12,656 bases of DNA from Dehalococcoidia bacterium. GTDB lineage: Bacteria > Chloroflexota > Dehalococcoidia > Bin125. Positions 1 to 7,674 of this stretch are shown one piece after another. Location of the stretch: assembly GCA_963555985.3 (NCBI GenBank), contig CAUVXV020000003.1, positions 1-12,656 on the forward strand, given 5' to 3'. The number at the start of each line of letters is the position of its first letter. The stretch's first letter is position 1. The translations under genes and the position numbers were made by a program. The notes below the pieces were generated by a model that saw nothing but the letters and a program-made list of their open reading frames with translations, was not told where the DNA came from and did no database searches.

Positions 1-38
1 TTCTCGTGTCGGTAGCAGGAGGCTCCGGTTGAGGACAT
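1..38 (-). CDS. 5' fragment of a probable B-box-type zinc-finger protein (CYRH N-terminus, as seen in rhomboid-associated and membrane proteins); runs off the left edge
   Basis: The minus strand reads TACACT-gacccc-ATG TCC TCA ACC GGA GCC TCC TGC TAC CGA CAC GAG = MSSTGASCYRHE. CxxH near the N-terminus is the typical start of these domains. Only 12 codons are visible and the gene is not in the ORF track. Confidence 0.5.
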   Translation of the reverse strand, partial: MSSTGASCYRHE

Positions 39-44
39 GGGGTC

Positions 45-50
45 AGTGTA
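45..50 (-). promoter_or_regulatory. -10 element (TACACT) of a likely leaderless transcript
   Basis: TAnnnT hexamer lies 6 nt upstream of ATG38 with no Shine-Dalgarno between them. Confidence 0.45.
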
Positions 51-93
51 GGCAGGGGGTGGGTTGGAGCGTTCTCAGCCAGGCTGCTCCTAC

Positions 94-197
94 CTCCGTC
101 ATACCCGCGCCTGCCGCGGGTATCTCGCTGAGTCGCGCACAGACGGTCAGAGCAACACACATCGAGATTGCCGCGACAGGGCGCGGCAATGGCGGAG
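94..197. repeat. REP/RPE-like bipartite palindromic element
   Basis: Terminal inverted repeat CTCCGTCAT(94-102)/ATGGCGGAG(189-197). Hairpin 1 is ATACCCGCG-cctgc-CGCGGGTAT (101-123). Hairpin 2 is ATTGCCGCG-acaggg-CGCGGCAAT (167-190). ATCTCG(122-127) can pair with CGAGAT(163-168). Confidence 0.8.
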
Positions 198-226
198 TGT
201 TGGCGAGCGCTTTGCGGGGCGTCTCA

Positions 227-294
227 CCCCCTCTGCCCCTGCGGGCATCTCCCTCCCCGCCTGCGCGGGGACAGGCTCTCAAGGGGGAGAGGGG
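227..294. repeat. RIME-like palindromic element (CCCCTCTGCCC...GGGCATCTCCC...AAGGGGGAGAGGGG) carrying a nested mini-hairpin at 255-277
   Basis: Outer CCCCTCT/AGAGGGG inverted repeat, an inner TGCCC/GGGCA stem, a TCTCCCTC/GGGGGAGA stem, and an insert CCCCGC-ctgc-GCGGGG-ACAGGCT. Confidence 0.7.
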
Positions 295-326
295 TTTGGC
301 CTCTGCGGTGCGGGGGAGAAGGGAAT

Positions 327-332
327 TAGGAT
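327..332 (+). promoter_or_regulatory. Possible -10 element (TAGGAT) for a leaderless start of the RM gene at ATG339
   Basis: TAnnnT lies 6 nt before ATG339. GGAGG (333-337) is too close to ATG339 to act as a Shine-Dalgarno. Confidence 0.35.
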
Positions 333-338
333 GGAGGT

Positions 339-3300
339 ATGGCGAGTCCTGAGCTTTGCAACGAGTATGCCGGGGTGTGCTAGAGCGGCATGAGAAGGCG
401 GGCGTGGCGGAGGCGGAGATCGGCGTGGCGGTGCGGGACTTCTTGATTGGGACCGGGCTGGCGGGGGCTTCCGAGATCGAGATGGAGCAGGCGCCGGCGG
501 CGGGCGCGGGCGGGCGGACGGATTTGCGCACGCGCGATCTGATCATCGAGTTCAAGGTGCGGATCGGGAACCGGATCCAGCCCGATCCCGCGCACGTGCA
601 GCAGTTGGACGATTATCTCGCGGCGGCGGTGGCGGGCGGACAGCCGCAGCGCTTCGGGATTCTGACCGACGGCAAGTATTGGATCTTGCGCTGGCCCGGG
701 ATGGGGCCGGTGCGAACGCAGGCGCCGCACGCCTTCACCCTGCGCGACGCCGAGCACGGCCTGGCGCTCTATGAGTGGCTGCGGGATCAGTCGCAGGCGC
801 TGGAGGCGCGGGGCGTAGCACCGACGGGACGACGAGATTCGCTCGCGGCTGGGGGAAGGGCCTCGCTTCGAGCGGCATATTGAGGCGTTGGACGCGCTCT
901 ACCAGGCGAGCCGCGACGATCCCACGATTGCGGTCAAGCGCGACCTCTGGCGGCGGCTGCTGGCGGCGGCGCTGGGACAGGTGATTGCGGAGGAACCCGA
1001 CCTCGACCGGCTCTTCGTGCGGCACACGTATCTCTCAGTCGTGGTCGGGTTGGCGGTGCAGTCGGCGTTCGGGATTGCGATTGAGGAGGCGGCGCAGAGC
1101 AACCCGCGCGGCTGCTGGGCGGGCAGCTGTTCGTCGACCAGACCGGCGTGAGCGGAGTGATCGAGTCGGACTTCTTCACCTGGCCGGTCGAGGTCGGCGG
1201 CGAAGCCTGGCTGCGCGATCTGGCCCAGCGGATCGGCTGGTTCGAGTGGTCGCAGGCGGAATCGGACATCGCGCGGATTCTGTACGAGGCGGTGATCCCG
1301 GCGGACGACCGGCGGCGGCTGGGGGAGTACTACACGCCCGACTGGCTAGCGCGGGCGATCGTGGACGCGGTCGTGAGCGATCCGCTCAACCAGCGCGTGC
1401 TCGATCCGGCCTGCGGCTCCGGCTCGTTCATCTTCGCCGCCGTGCGCAAGTACTTGAGCGCGGCGTCGGAGGCCGGGCGCACGCCCGCGCAGACGCTGGA
1501 CGGGCTGCTCAATTCCGTGGTCGGGATCGACGTGCATCCGGTCGCGGTGCATCTGGCGCGGGCAACGTGGACGCTCGCGGCCCGCGACGCGATTGCAGCT
1601 GCACGGGGAGCACAGATCGAAGTCTCCGTACCGATCTATCTCGGTGACTCGCTGCAACTGCGCACCGAATCGTTCGGCCTGTTCGCCAACAGCAGCGTGA
1701 TGCTCCGCATTGACTACGACGCCAACGGTGAGGATCTGGCGCTCGAATTTCCGCGCCGTCTGATCGAACATCCGGCGCGCTTCGATCGGCTGATGGCACG
1801 GATCGCGAGCGAGCTCGAAAGCGGCGGTGATCCGATTTGGGCGCTAAACGATGGCGAACATCAACGATCCGCATGAACGAGCCATGCTCGAACGGACGGT
1901 AGACATCCTCAAGCGCTTGCACGATCAAGGCGCGATCACATCTGGGCCTACTACACGCGCAACCTCGTCCGCCCGATCTGGCTGCGCGAGATTGGCGTCG
2001 ATGTGGTGGTCGGCAACCCTCCGTGGATTTCGTACCGCAGTACCGACGCCGTGCTGCGGGCTGAGCTCGAGCGACAGAGCCGACGACAGTACGACATCTG
2101 GGCGGGACGCCAGTTCGCGACGACGCAAGATATCTCCGGGATGTTCTTCGCACGCTGCGTTGACCTCTATCTCAAGCCGGGCGGATTGGCCGGGATGGTG
2201 TTGCCCCACAGCGCCTTGCAACGCGGTCAGTATGCAAAGTGGCGTGGTGGGGCCTGGGGCGATACGACCGCGGATCTGAGTCACCAATTGCCATGGGACC
2301 TTGAGCGGATCGAACCCAATTCGTTTTTCCCCATCCCCGCCTCTGTCGTATTTGCGCGGAAGACATCCGGCAGCGCGGTCGGTCTGGCTGCATCCGCCCT
2401 GCGCTGGCGCGGACCGGCGGGCGGCCCATTCCGTCGCGAGCGCGTCGGATTGAGCAGCACGGCAAGCGGGTTCGCGTCCCCCTACGGCGATGTGGCGCGG
2501 CAGGGTGCAATCATCATTCCCCGCAGCCTCTTCTTTGTGAACCTGGAACAGCCGACGGCGGTCGTCCAGGCAGAACCGATCGAGATGACCTCCCCGCGTC
2601 GCAGCGGGCAGGAAAACGCGCCGTGGCGCGACCTCGAGCTGGCGACACTCGCGAATCAGCCAATCGAAACAACACACCTAGAGGACATTCACTTGGGCGA
2701 GACGTTGGCTCCATATGTGCTGTTGGAGCCGCTGCGGGCTGTCCTACCGCTCTCTCGCGCCAGCCGTGAGTTGGCAAAGGTGAGCGAGGGCCTGCACGGA
2801 ATCAATCCGGGCACGCTCGGCAATCGCATGCGCCGGCGCTGGCGTGAGATGAACCGGCTTTGGGACCAGCACAAGAATCCTAACACGAAGCTCGACTTGG
2901 TCTCGCAGCTCGACTACGGCAACAAGCTCAGCGCGCAACTTGCGCCCACGCCCGATACGCCCTACCGCGTCGTCTACGGGGCAGCCGGTCGTCCCACTGC
3001 TGCGGTCATGACGGAAGCTGCAATTGTTGATGTACGGCTCGTCTGGGTACCAGTGCATACTTTGGATGAAGCAAACTATCTCGTTGCCATCATTAACAGT
3101 AGGACGCTGGAAGATGCAGTTGAACCGTTGATGTCGAAAGGACAGTTCGGCGCACGGGATCTAGTCAAGCACCTCTGGCGGCTGCCCATCCCGGCCTATG
3201 ACGAATCCGATGATCTGCATCAGGAGATTGCGGCTGCGGGCGCCTCTGCGGCTGCGAGCGCAGCGTCCGTGTTGGCGGACCTCAGAGTCGCCCGAGCAAC

Positions 3301-3415
3301 AGCGAAGAAGTCCTTCACCGTCACCATCGCCCGCCGCGAGCTGCGCAAGTGGCTGTCGGAGTCGGAGGAGGGTCAGCGTGTGGAGGTGCTGGTCGGTCGG
3401 TTGCTCAAGGATTAA
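339..3415 (+). pseudogene. Single-polypeptide type IIG/IIL-like restriction-modification enzyme (N-terminal PD-(D/E)xK nuclease, N6-adenine methyltransferase, C-terminal target recognition region), frameshifted as sequenced
   Basis: ORF pieces 356-883, 888-1151, 1148-1876, 1851-~1930 and ~1931-3415 join into one ~1020-aa protein. Nuclease motifs: RTDL..IIEFK, QQLDDYL, GILTDGKYW. Methyltransferase motifs: X GEYYTPDWLA, I VLDPACGSGSF, IV VVGNPPW. Indels: GGG 826-828 (+1), GG 1110-1111 (-1), ~1846-1854 (+1), GG 1929-1930 (-1), and possibly TTT 355-357 (-1). The gene may be intact in the real genome. Confidence 0.85.
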
Positions 3416-4614
3416 GAATCGGTACTCGGTATCGCATACCAGCGGGCGGGGTCTAGTGGTTCCACTTCGAGGAGTTGATTGAGACCGACTCCCTCGAAGT
3501 GTTCCATTCTGCCTGACTGCGCACGCATATGTGGCACACGCTCGAGTCCGAAAAGGCTCTGAAGCGATGCATTCGGATTCAAGATCAAGAGGGACCACGG
3601 TCTGGCGGAGGCGGATCCAATGTCCGATCGACTGTCGAAAAACCAGATTGCGTGCAGGTTGTTGTGTTGCGGCCTGCCGCCTAGCGTGAACCAAACTCCT
3701 TCCGTGGCGCGTCTGATTCCCACGGCGGGGTACAATTCTTCGGAGGCCAGCTCTGGCACCAATCGCCCGAGCGCGGTGCGTGGCGCGTCTCGCTCGAGCG
3801 AGAACATGCGCGAGTCAACCTTCACCGCGAGGATGAGTGGGGCATCTAGCTTACTTCCCCGCTTATCCGTAACTTTGCTTCGCAGTTTCTTAGAGACCGG
3901 AGAATCAAAGTTGCCGCGTCCGAACTCGGAAGGACTGGCTGCGATCGTGGGTTCGTCAGATTGTCCGTGATCGGACAGGGGTAGTGGAAGAAGGTGCGCT
4001 ACCAACTTCCAATCTCCGACCTTGATGGTGACCGAGGGAGCTGCGTGGTAACCGCGATGTTGAATAAGGTCTTCTACGGCATCTGGATGATGGGAATTCA
4101 TTAGCTGTCGCAGCAGCAGAAGATCGCGCTTGCTCGCCTGTTCGGTGAGCACACCCTCTGCTTCTAGATCGAGCATGAAGCTGGAACTATCCAGATCGTT
4201 GATCCAATCGTAGAATTCTTTCTCCTGTTGGGTTACGGGCCGCTCGGCCAGATCCTTGTATATGACATGTGCTTCGATATAGAACGAGCCCATTGAGTTG
4301 GCTGCCAAGAAGTCTGGTCGCTTGCTCGTGGTCGGCACGTAGGGATGCACCTGTACGTCGAAGTCCAGACGGAGAAGGAGTTCGTGTATGAGGAGCTCGA
4401 AGTGCGCGCTGGTGTGCTGCTCATTGTCCTTGCTGCGGAAACGACCGCGTAAATCGGCTTTGGCGTCCTCCGGGTACCGATCGAACCATTCCTGGGTGTA
4501 TCGACGTACCTGGTCAGCAAAGCGGAAGGCTGAGGTATTGAGAAACTCATATTCCGGTTCGGCATGCCCGGCATAGGTCGTACGAGCTCGCTCAAAGTCG
4601 TCAAAGAGCTGCAT
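3412..4614 (-). CDS. Hypothetical ~400-aa protein with a PD-(D/E)xK-like nuclease signature
   Basis: Long ORF. A strong SD (AGGAGGAG) 7 nt before ATG4614 favours this start over 4638. Motif string FELLIHELL...KRPDFLA...FYIEAH. Visibly more AT-rich than the LLM genes. Its stop shares TTAA (3412-3415) with the RM gene stop. Confidence 0.7.
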   Translation of the reverse strand: MQLFDDFERARTTYAGHAEPEYEFLNTSAFRFADQVRRYTQEWFDRYPEDAKADLRGRFRSKDNEQHTSAHFELLIHELLLRLDFDVQVHPYVPTTSKRPDFLAANSMGSFYIEAHVIYKDLAERPVTQQEKEFYDWINDLDSSSFMLDLEAEGVLTEQASKRDLLLLRQLMNSHHPDAVEDLIQHRGYHAAPSVTIKVGDWKLVAHLLPLPLSDHGQSDEPTIAASPSEFGRGNFDSPVSKKLRSKVTDKRGSKLDAPLILAVKVDSRMFSLERDAPRTALGRLVPELASEELYPAVGIRRATEGVWFTLGGRPQHNNLHAIWFFDSRSDIGSASARPWSLLILNPNASLQSLFGLERVPHMRAQSGRMEHFEGVGLNQLLEVEPLDPARWYAIPSTDS

Positions 4615-4667
4615 GGCACGACTCCTCCTGAGCACCACGATAGCCCGATCGGGCGCATATGGGGCGG

Positions 4668-4946
4668 CTAGTGGTCGCGGTAGGTGCGTTCGTTTCGGCG
4701 GCGGACCTCGGTGACTGTCACGATGCGCGCGTCGTCGTCGATCTCATAGAAGATGCGCCAGTTGCCCTGGCGCACGCGATGCTCATTGTCTCGGAGTCTG
4801 AGTACTCGCCGCGGGCGAGGCTCGACGGCGAGGCTGCGAATCTTCTTCCTGACTGAAGCAAGGTCCCGCTTCCCGAGACGCGCCAACTGCCGTTCAACTC
4901 TCGGTTTTGTGACGACCCGGTAGGGTGACCGCGATTTGTCTGTCAT
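4668..4946 (-). CDS. relE: Type II toxin-antitoxin toxin, RelE/ParE family
   Basis: 92 aa, basic. Sequence pattern YRVVTKPRVERQLARL...LAVEPRP...HRVRQGNWRIFYEIDDDARIVTVTEVRRRNERTY is the classic RelE pattern. ATGA overlap with the upstream gene. Confidence 0.9.
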   Translation of the reverse strand: MTDKSRSPYRVVTKPRVERQLARLGKRDLASVRKKIRSLAVEPRPRRVLRLRDNEHRVRQGNWRIFYEIDDDARIVTVTEVRRRNERTYRDH

Positions 4947-5482
4947 TCCTTACGCCAGCGGGCGGCCAGGCGCTCTTCTACTTCCTCCCAAGGGATGCTC
5001 TCCTCTTCCACCCCGAGACGCTTGCGCTCGGCGTGCATTTCGGCGATGCGCAAGTCCTCTGCTTCTTCCTCGGGGGTGAGTTCGTCGAGGAGTTCGAAGA
5101 AGCCGAGGTCGAACAGCTTCAGCGCCCACTCGGCGGTTGCGAGCGCAATGCGGGCTTCTTCGAGATCAACGGGGAAGACCTTGTCCGCTTCTGGGCGTCC
5201 CTCCCAGAGGTCGGCAAGCACGGGCATGACCGTGTCGACATCTGCGACGCGGGAGTAGCCCTCGCACCAGAGGTCGGGGCGCTCTTGCCAGTGGGTCAGG
5301 ATGACGCCGAGGTCGTCCGTGGGGTTGTCGGGCGTGGCGATCTGGCGGAATGCCTGCTCAATCGCACGGATCGCGCAGTGGTAGGCGTCGGCGGCGCGGG
5401 ATTCGTCCTCGCTCCAGGCCGCGTCGCGTGCGGAGCGCAGCAAGTCGGCGGGCGTCGTGTCGACGGGATGATCGAGGGTCAT
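4943..5482 (-). CDS. Probable antitoxin: HEPN-like helical N-terminal domain fused to an acidic antitoxin-like C-terminal tail
   Basis: Directly upstream of relE with a 4-nt overlap. The C-terminus (EEEAEDLRIAE...EEESIPWEEVEERL) resembles RelE/ParE antitoxin tails. The N-terminal AYHCAIRAIEQAF...LGVIL...LWEG...LEEARIALATAEWALKLF pattern resembles Abi-type HEPN domains. Confidence 0.65.
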   Translation of the reverse strand: MTLDHPVDTTPADLLRSARDAAWSEDESRAADAYHCAIRAIEQAFRQIATPDNPTDDLGVILTHWQERPDLWCEGYSRVADVDTVMPVLADLWEGRPEADKVFPVDLEEARIALATAEWALKLFDLGFFELLDELTPEEEAEDLRIAEMHAERKRLGVEEESIPWEEVEERLAARWRKE

Positions 5483-5512
5483 GGCGGCGGCTTTCGGTTG
5501 GGGCAGCCACGC

Positions 5513-5521
5513 AGGGTATCA
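5513..5521 (-). promoter_or_regulatory. Possible extended -10 promoter (TGaTACCCT) for the antitoxin-relE pair
   Basis: TGn-TAnnnT overlaps the protease stop codon, about 30 nt upstream of ATG5482. Confidence 0.3.
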
Positions 5522-6007
5522 GGCGGGGGCTACCTCCGTCAGCGTCACCGAGGGCGGGTGGTAGGAGAGGGTCAGGTCGAAGTAGCGCAACACATCGCAG
5601 CCGAGGAGGCTGGGTAGTCGCCAATTGCCCTCATGTGAGCGGTAGGAGGGAGTCGGTTCGGCGATCAGGATCGGCAGCCGGATCGTTTCGCGCTGGCCTT
5701 GTTCATCCGCGAAGGTCAACGTCGCGGGCGCGATGATGGCGTTTGTCGTCCCTTGTCCCACGCCGCCAAGGGCGAATCGCTGAGGGTGAGCCGCAAAATC
5801 GAGTTCGCTCAGCGTCTGACCGAGCATGATTCGGGCATTTCTCGGATGGAGGATCGTGTACGGGCTTCCCGTGTCGATCATCCACGGGATCGTGGCCACG
5901 CGGTCGTAGAGCCTCAACTCGGCCTCAATGTAGGGACGCAACTCATCCGGCAGCGCGGCGTAGGTCGTGCGCTGATGCCAGAACTTGCCGCGGAACTGCC
6001 TCGTCAT
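5519..6007 (-). CDS. Retropepsin-like (clan AA) single-domain aspartyl protease
   Basis: Catalytic motif WMIDTGS, N-terminal RPYIEAEL strand, Gly-rich flap LGGVGQG, and C-terminal SLLGCDVL. Confidence 0.85.
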   Translation of the reverse strand: MTRQFRGKFWHQRTTYAALPDELRPYIEAELRLYDRVATIPWMIDTGSPYTILHPRNARIMLGQTLSELDFAAHPQRFALGGVGQGTTNAIIAPATLTFADEQGQRETIRLPILIAEPTPSYRSHEGNWRLPSLLGCDVLRYFDLTLSYHPPSVTLTEVAPA

Positions 6008-6318
6008 CGAATGGGAAATGCCGTTGGCACATACACCGCATAGTCAACGTACTGGTGCATCGCGGCGTCCCGCTGCTCTTTGGGCAGCGTACGCAGAAAG
6101 TCGTTCATTGAGATCGCATCCTTGAAATCGCGCATCTCGCCGCCATCGTAGATCACCAGGAAACGGTGCAGGTAGCGCTCGGTCAGCTCGCGGTAGTGCT
6201 CGTTCCAGAAATCGACGTTGCGGTCGCTTTCCGCGCGCCGGCGCAGGTTCTCGGCGCGCTCTTCGGGCGTGGTCTCGGTCGGGACGATGCCGTAGTTGGC
6301 GTGGGCGAATTCGGGCAT
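6004..6318 (-). CDS. Small DUF5678-like protein
   Basis: 104 aa. NVDFWNEHYRELTERYLHRFLVIYDGG resembles the DUF5678 pattern (W...h..eL...Y.g..vai.dG). SD GGGGAG upstream. ATGA overlap with the protease gene. Confidence 0.65.
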   Translation of the reverse strand: MPEFAHANYGIVPTETTPEERAENLRRRAESDRNVDFWNEHYRELTERYLHRFLVIYDGGEMRDFKDAISMNDFLRTLPKEQRDAAMHQYVDYAVYVPTAFPIR

Positions 6319-6412
6319 GGACGACTCCCCTACGAACTCAGCGTAGATGATCTGCCCGCCCAGAGGCTCACCCCCTACACTGACAGCAACGCCTCAACAC
6401 AGGAGACCCGCC

Positions 6413-7651
6413 ATGAAATTCCACTGGTTCAACCTGATGCCCTGGCCCCACCTGCCGGAGGACTTCCGCGAGACCAACCGCTCCGTCTGGGTCGATGTCG
6501 ACTCCCGCCTCTACGACCCCGTCGAAGGCCACCGCGTCTACAACGAGTACCTCGACCAGCTCGAATACGCCGCCTCGCTCGGCTTCGACGGCATCGGCAT
6601 CAACGAGCATCACCAGAACGCCTACGGCATGATGCCCTCGCCCCAGCTGATGGCCGCCACCCTCTCGCGCCGCACCCAGGACGTGACGATCCTGCTGCTG
6701 GGCCAGTCGATCGCGCTCTACAACCCGCCCACCCGCGTGGCCGAGGAAATGGCCATGCTCGATGTGATGTCGGGCGGACGCCTGGTCGCCGGATTCCCCG
6801 TCGGCACCTCGATGGACGACAACTTCTGCTTCGGCTCCAATCCGGCCACGCTGCGCGACAAGTACAAGGAGAACCACGACCTGATCCTGCGCGCCTGGCA
6901 GGACCCCGACGTCTTCTCCTGGAACGGCGAGTACAACAAGATTCGCTACGTCAACCTCTGGCCGCGCCCGCTCCAGAAGCCGCACCCGCCGATCTGGATC
7001 CCGGGCGGCGGCTCCGTCGAAACCTGGGACTTCTGCGGCGAGATGGGCTACAACTACAGCTACCTCTCGTTCAACGGCTATGTCCGCGGCGAGGCCCTGA
7101 TGCAAGGCTTCTGGAACCGCCTCGGCGAGATGGGCGTCGAGTTCAACCCCTTCCAGGGCGCCTTCGCCCAGCAGGTCGTCGTCGCCGAGACCGACGACCA
7201 GGCCGAGCAGATGTACACCGAACACCTCCAGTACTTCTTCGATAAGTGCCTGCACGTCTACCCCGGCTTCGCCGACGCCCCCGGCTACCGCACCGAGAAC
7301 ACGATCCGCGCCGGACTCCGCGCGGGCGGGGCGCAAGGTCTCGGCATCGCGCACACGCTCGAGTGGAAGGACTGGGTGCGCGAGGGCTACATCGTGGCCG
7401 GCTCGCCCGACTCCGTCACCGAGCAGATCGAAGCCCTCGCCACCAAGCTCCAGGTCGGCCACCTCGTCACCCTCCTCCACTGCGGAGACATGCCCGACGA
7501 CAAGGCCCGAGCCTCCACCAAGCTCTTCGCCGAGCAGGTCATCCCCCGCGTCAAGCACATCTGGGAAGACTACGAAGACCACTGGTCGCCCAAGCCGGTC
7601 GGCGCCGAGCATGTCGCCGCTCCGGCCCCGGTCCTCAGCGGCGCCAACTAG
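6413..7651 (+). CDS. LLM-class (luciferase-like) flavin-dependent oxidoreductase, paralogue 1
   Basis: SD AGGAG then ATG6413 (MKFHWFNLMPWPHLP). Motifs GFDGIGINEHH, RVAEEMAMLDVMSGGRL, PRPLQKPHPPIW, AGSPDSV. Strong C/G third-position bias. Confidence 0.95.
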   Translation: MKFHWFNLMPWPHLPEDFRETNRSVWVDVDSRLYDPVEGHRVYNEYLDQLEYAASLGFDGIGINEHHQNAYGMMPSPQLMAATLSRRTQDVTILLLGQSIALYNPPTRVAEEMAMLDVMSGGRLVAGFPVGTSMDDNFCFGSNPATLRDKYKENHDLILRAWQDPDVFSWNGEYNKIRYVNLWPRPLQKPHPPIWIPGGGSVETWDFCGEMGYNYSYLSFNGYVRGEALMQGFWNRLGEMGVEFNPFQGAFAQQVVVAETDDQAEQMYTEHLQYFFDKCLHVYPGFADAPGYRTENTIRAGLRAGGAQGLGIAHTLEWKDWVREGYIVAGSPDSVTEQIEALATKLQVGHLVTLLHCGDMPDDKARASTKLFAEQVIPRVKHIWEDYEDHWSPKPVGAEHVAAPAPVLSGAN

Positions 7652-7674
7652 GTCGATTAGTCAGGCAAGCATTC

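Noticed and set aside
94-294. CRISPR array, tRNA or IS end
   Set aside because: No direct repeat-spacer periodicity, no tRNA arms or T-loop consensus, and no cas or transposase gene in the window.
29-393. ORFs 29-352, 64-393 and the overlapping part of 43-555
   Set aside because: They run across palindromic repeats, have no recognisable motifs, and are open only because of high GC.
356-3415. Reading the RM pieces as a multi-gene operon (separate nuclease, methyltransferase and specificity genes)
   Set aside because: Methyltransferase motifs I and IV fall in different pieces, and single-base fixes give one continuous protein.
6368-7612. 414-aa antisense ORF, and likewise 7890-9035, 9245-9733, 11415-12068 and 4925-5617
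   Set aside because: Codon-register mirror ORFs of strongly biased real genes. No family motifs.
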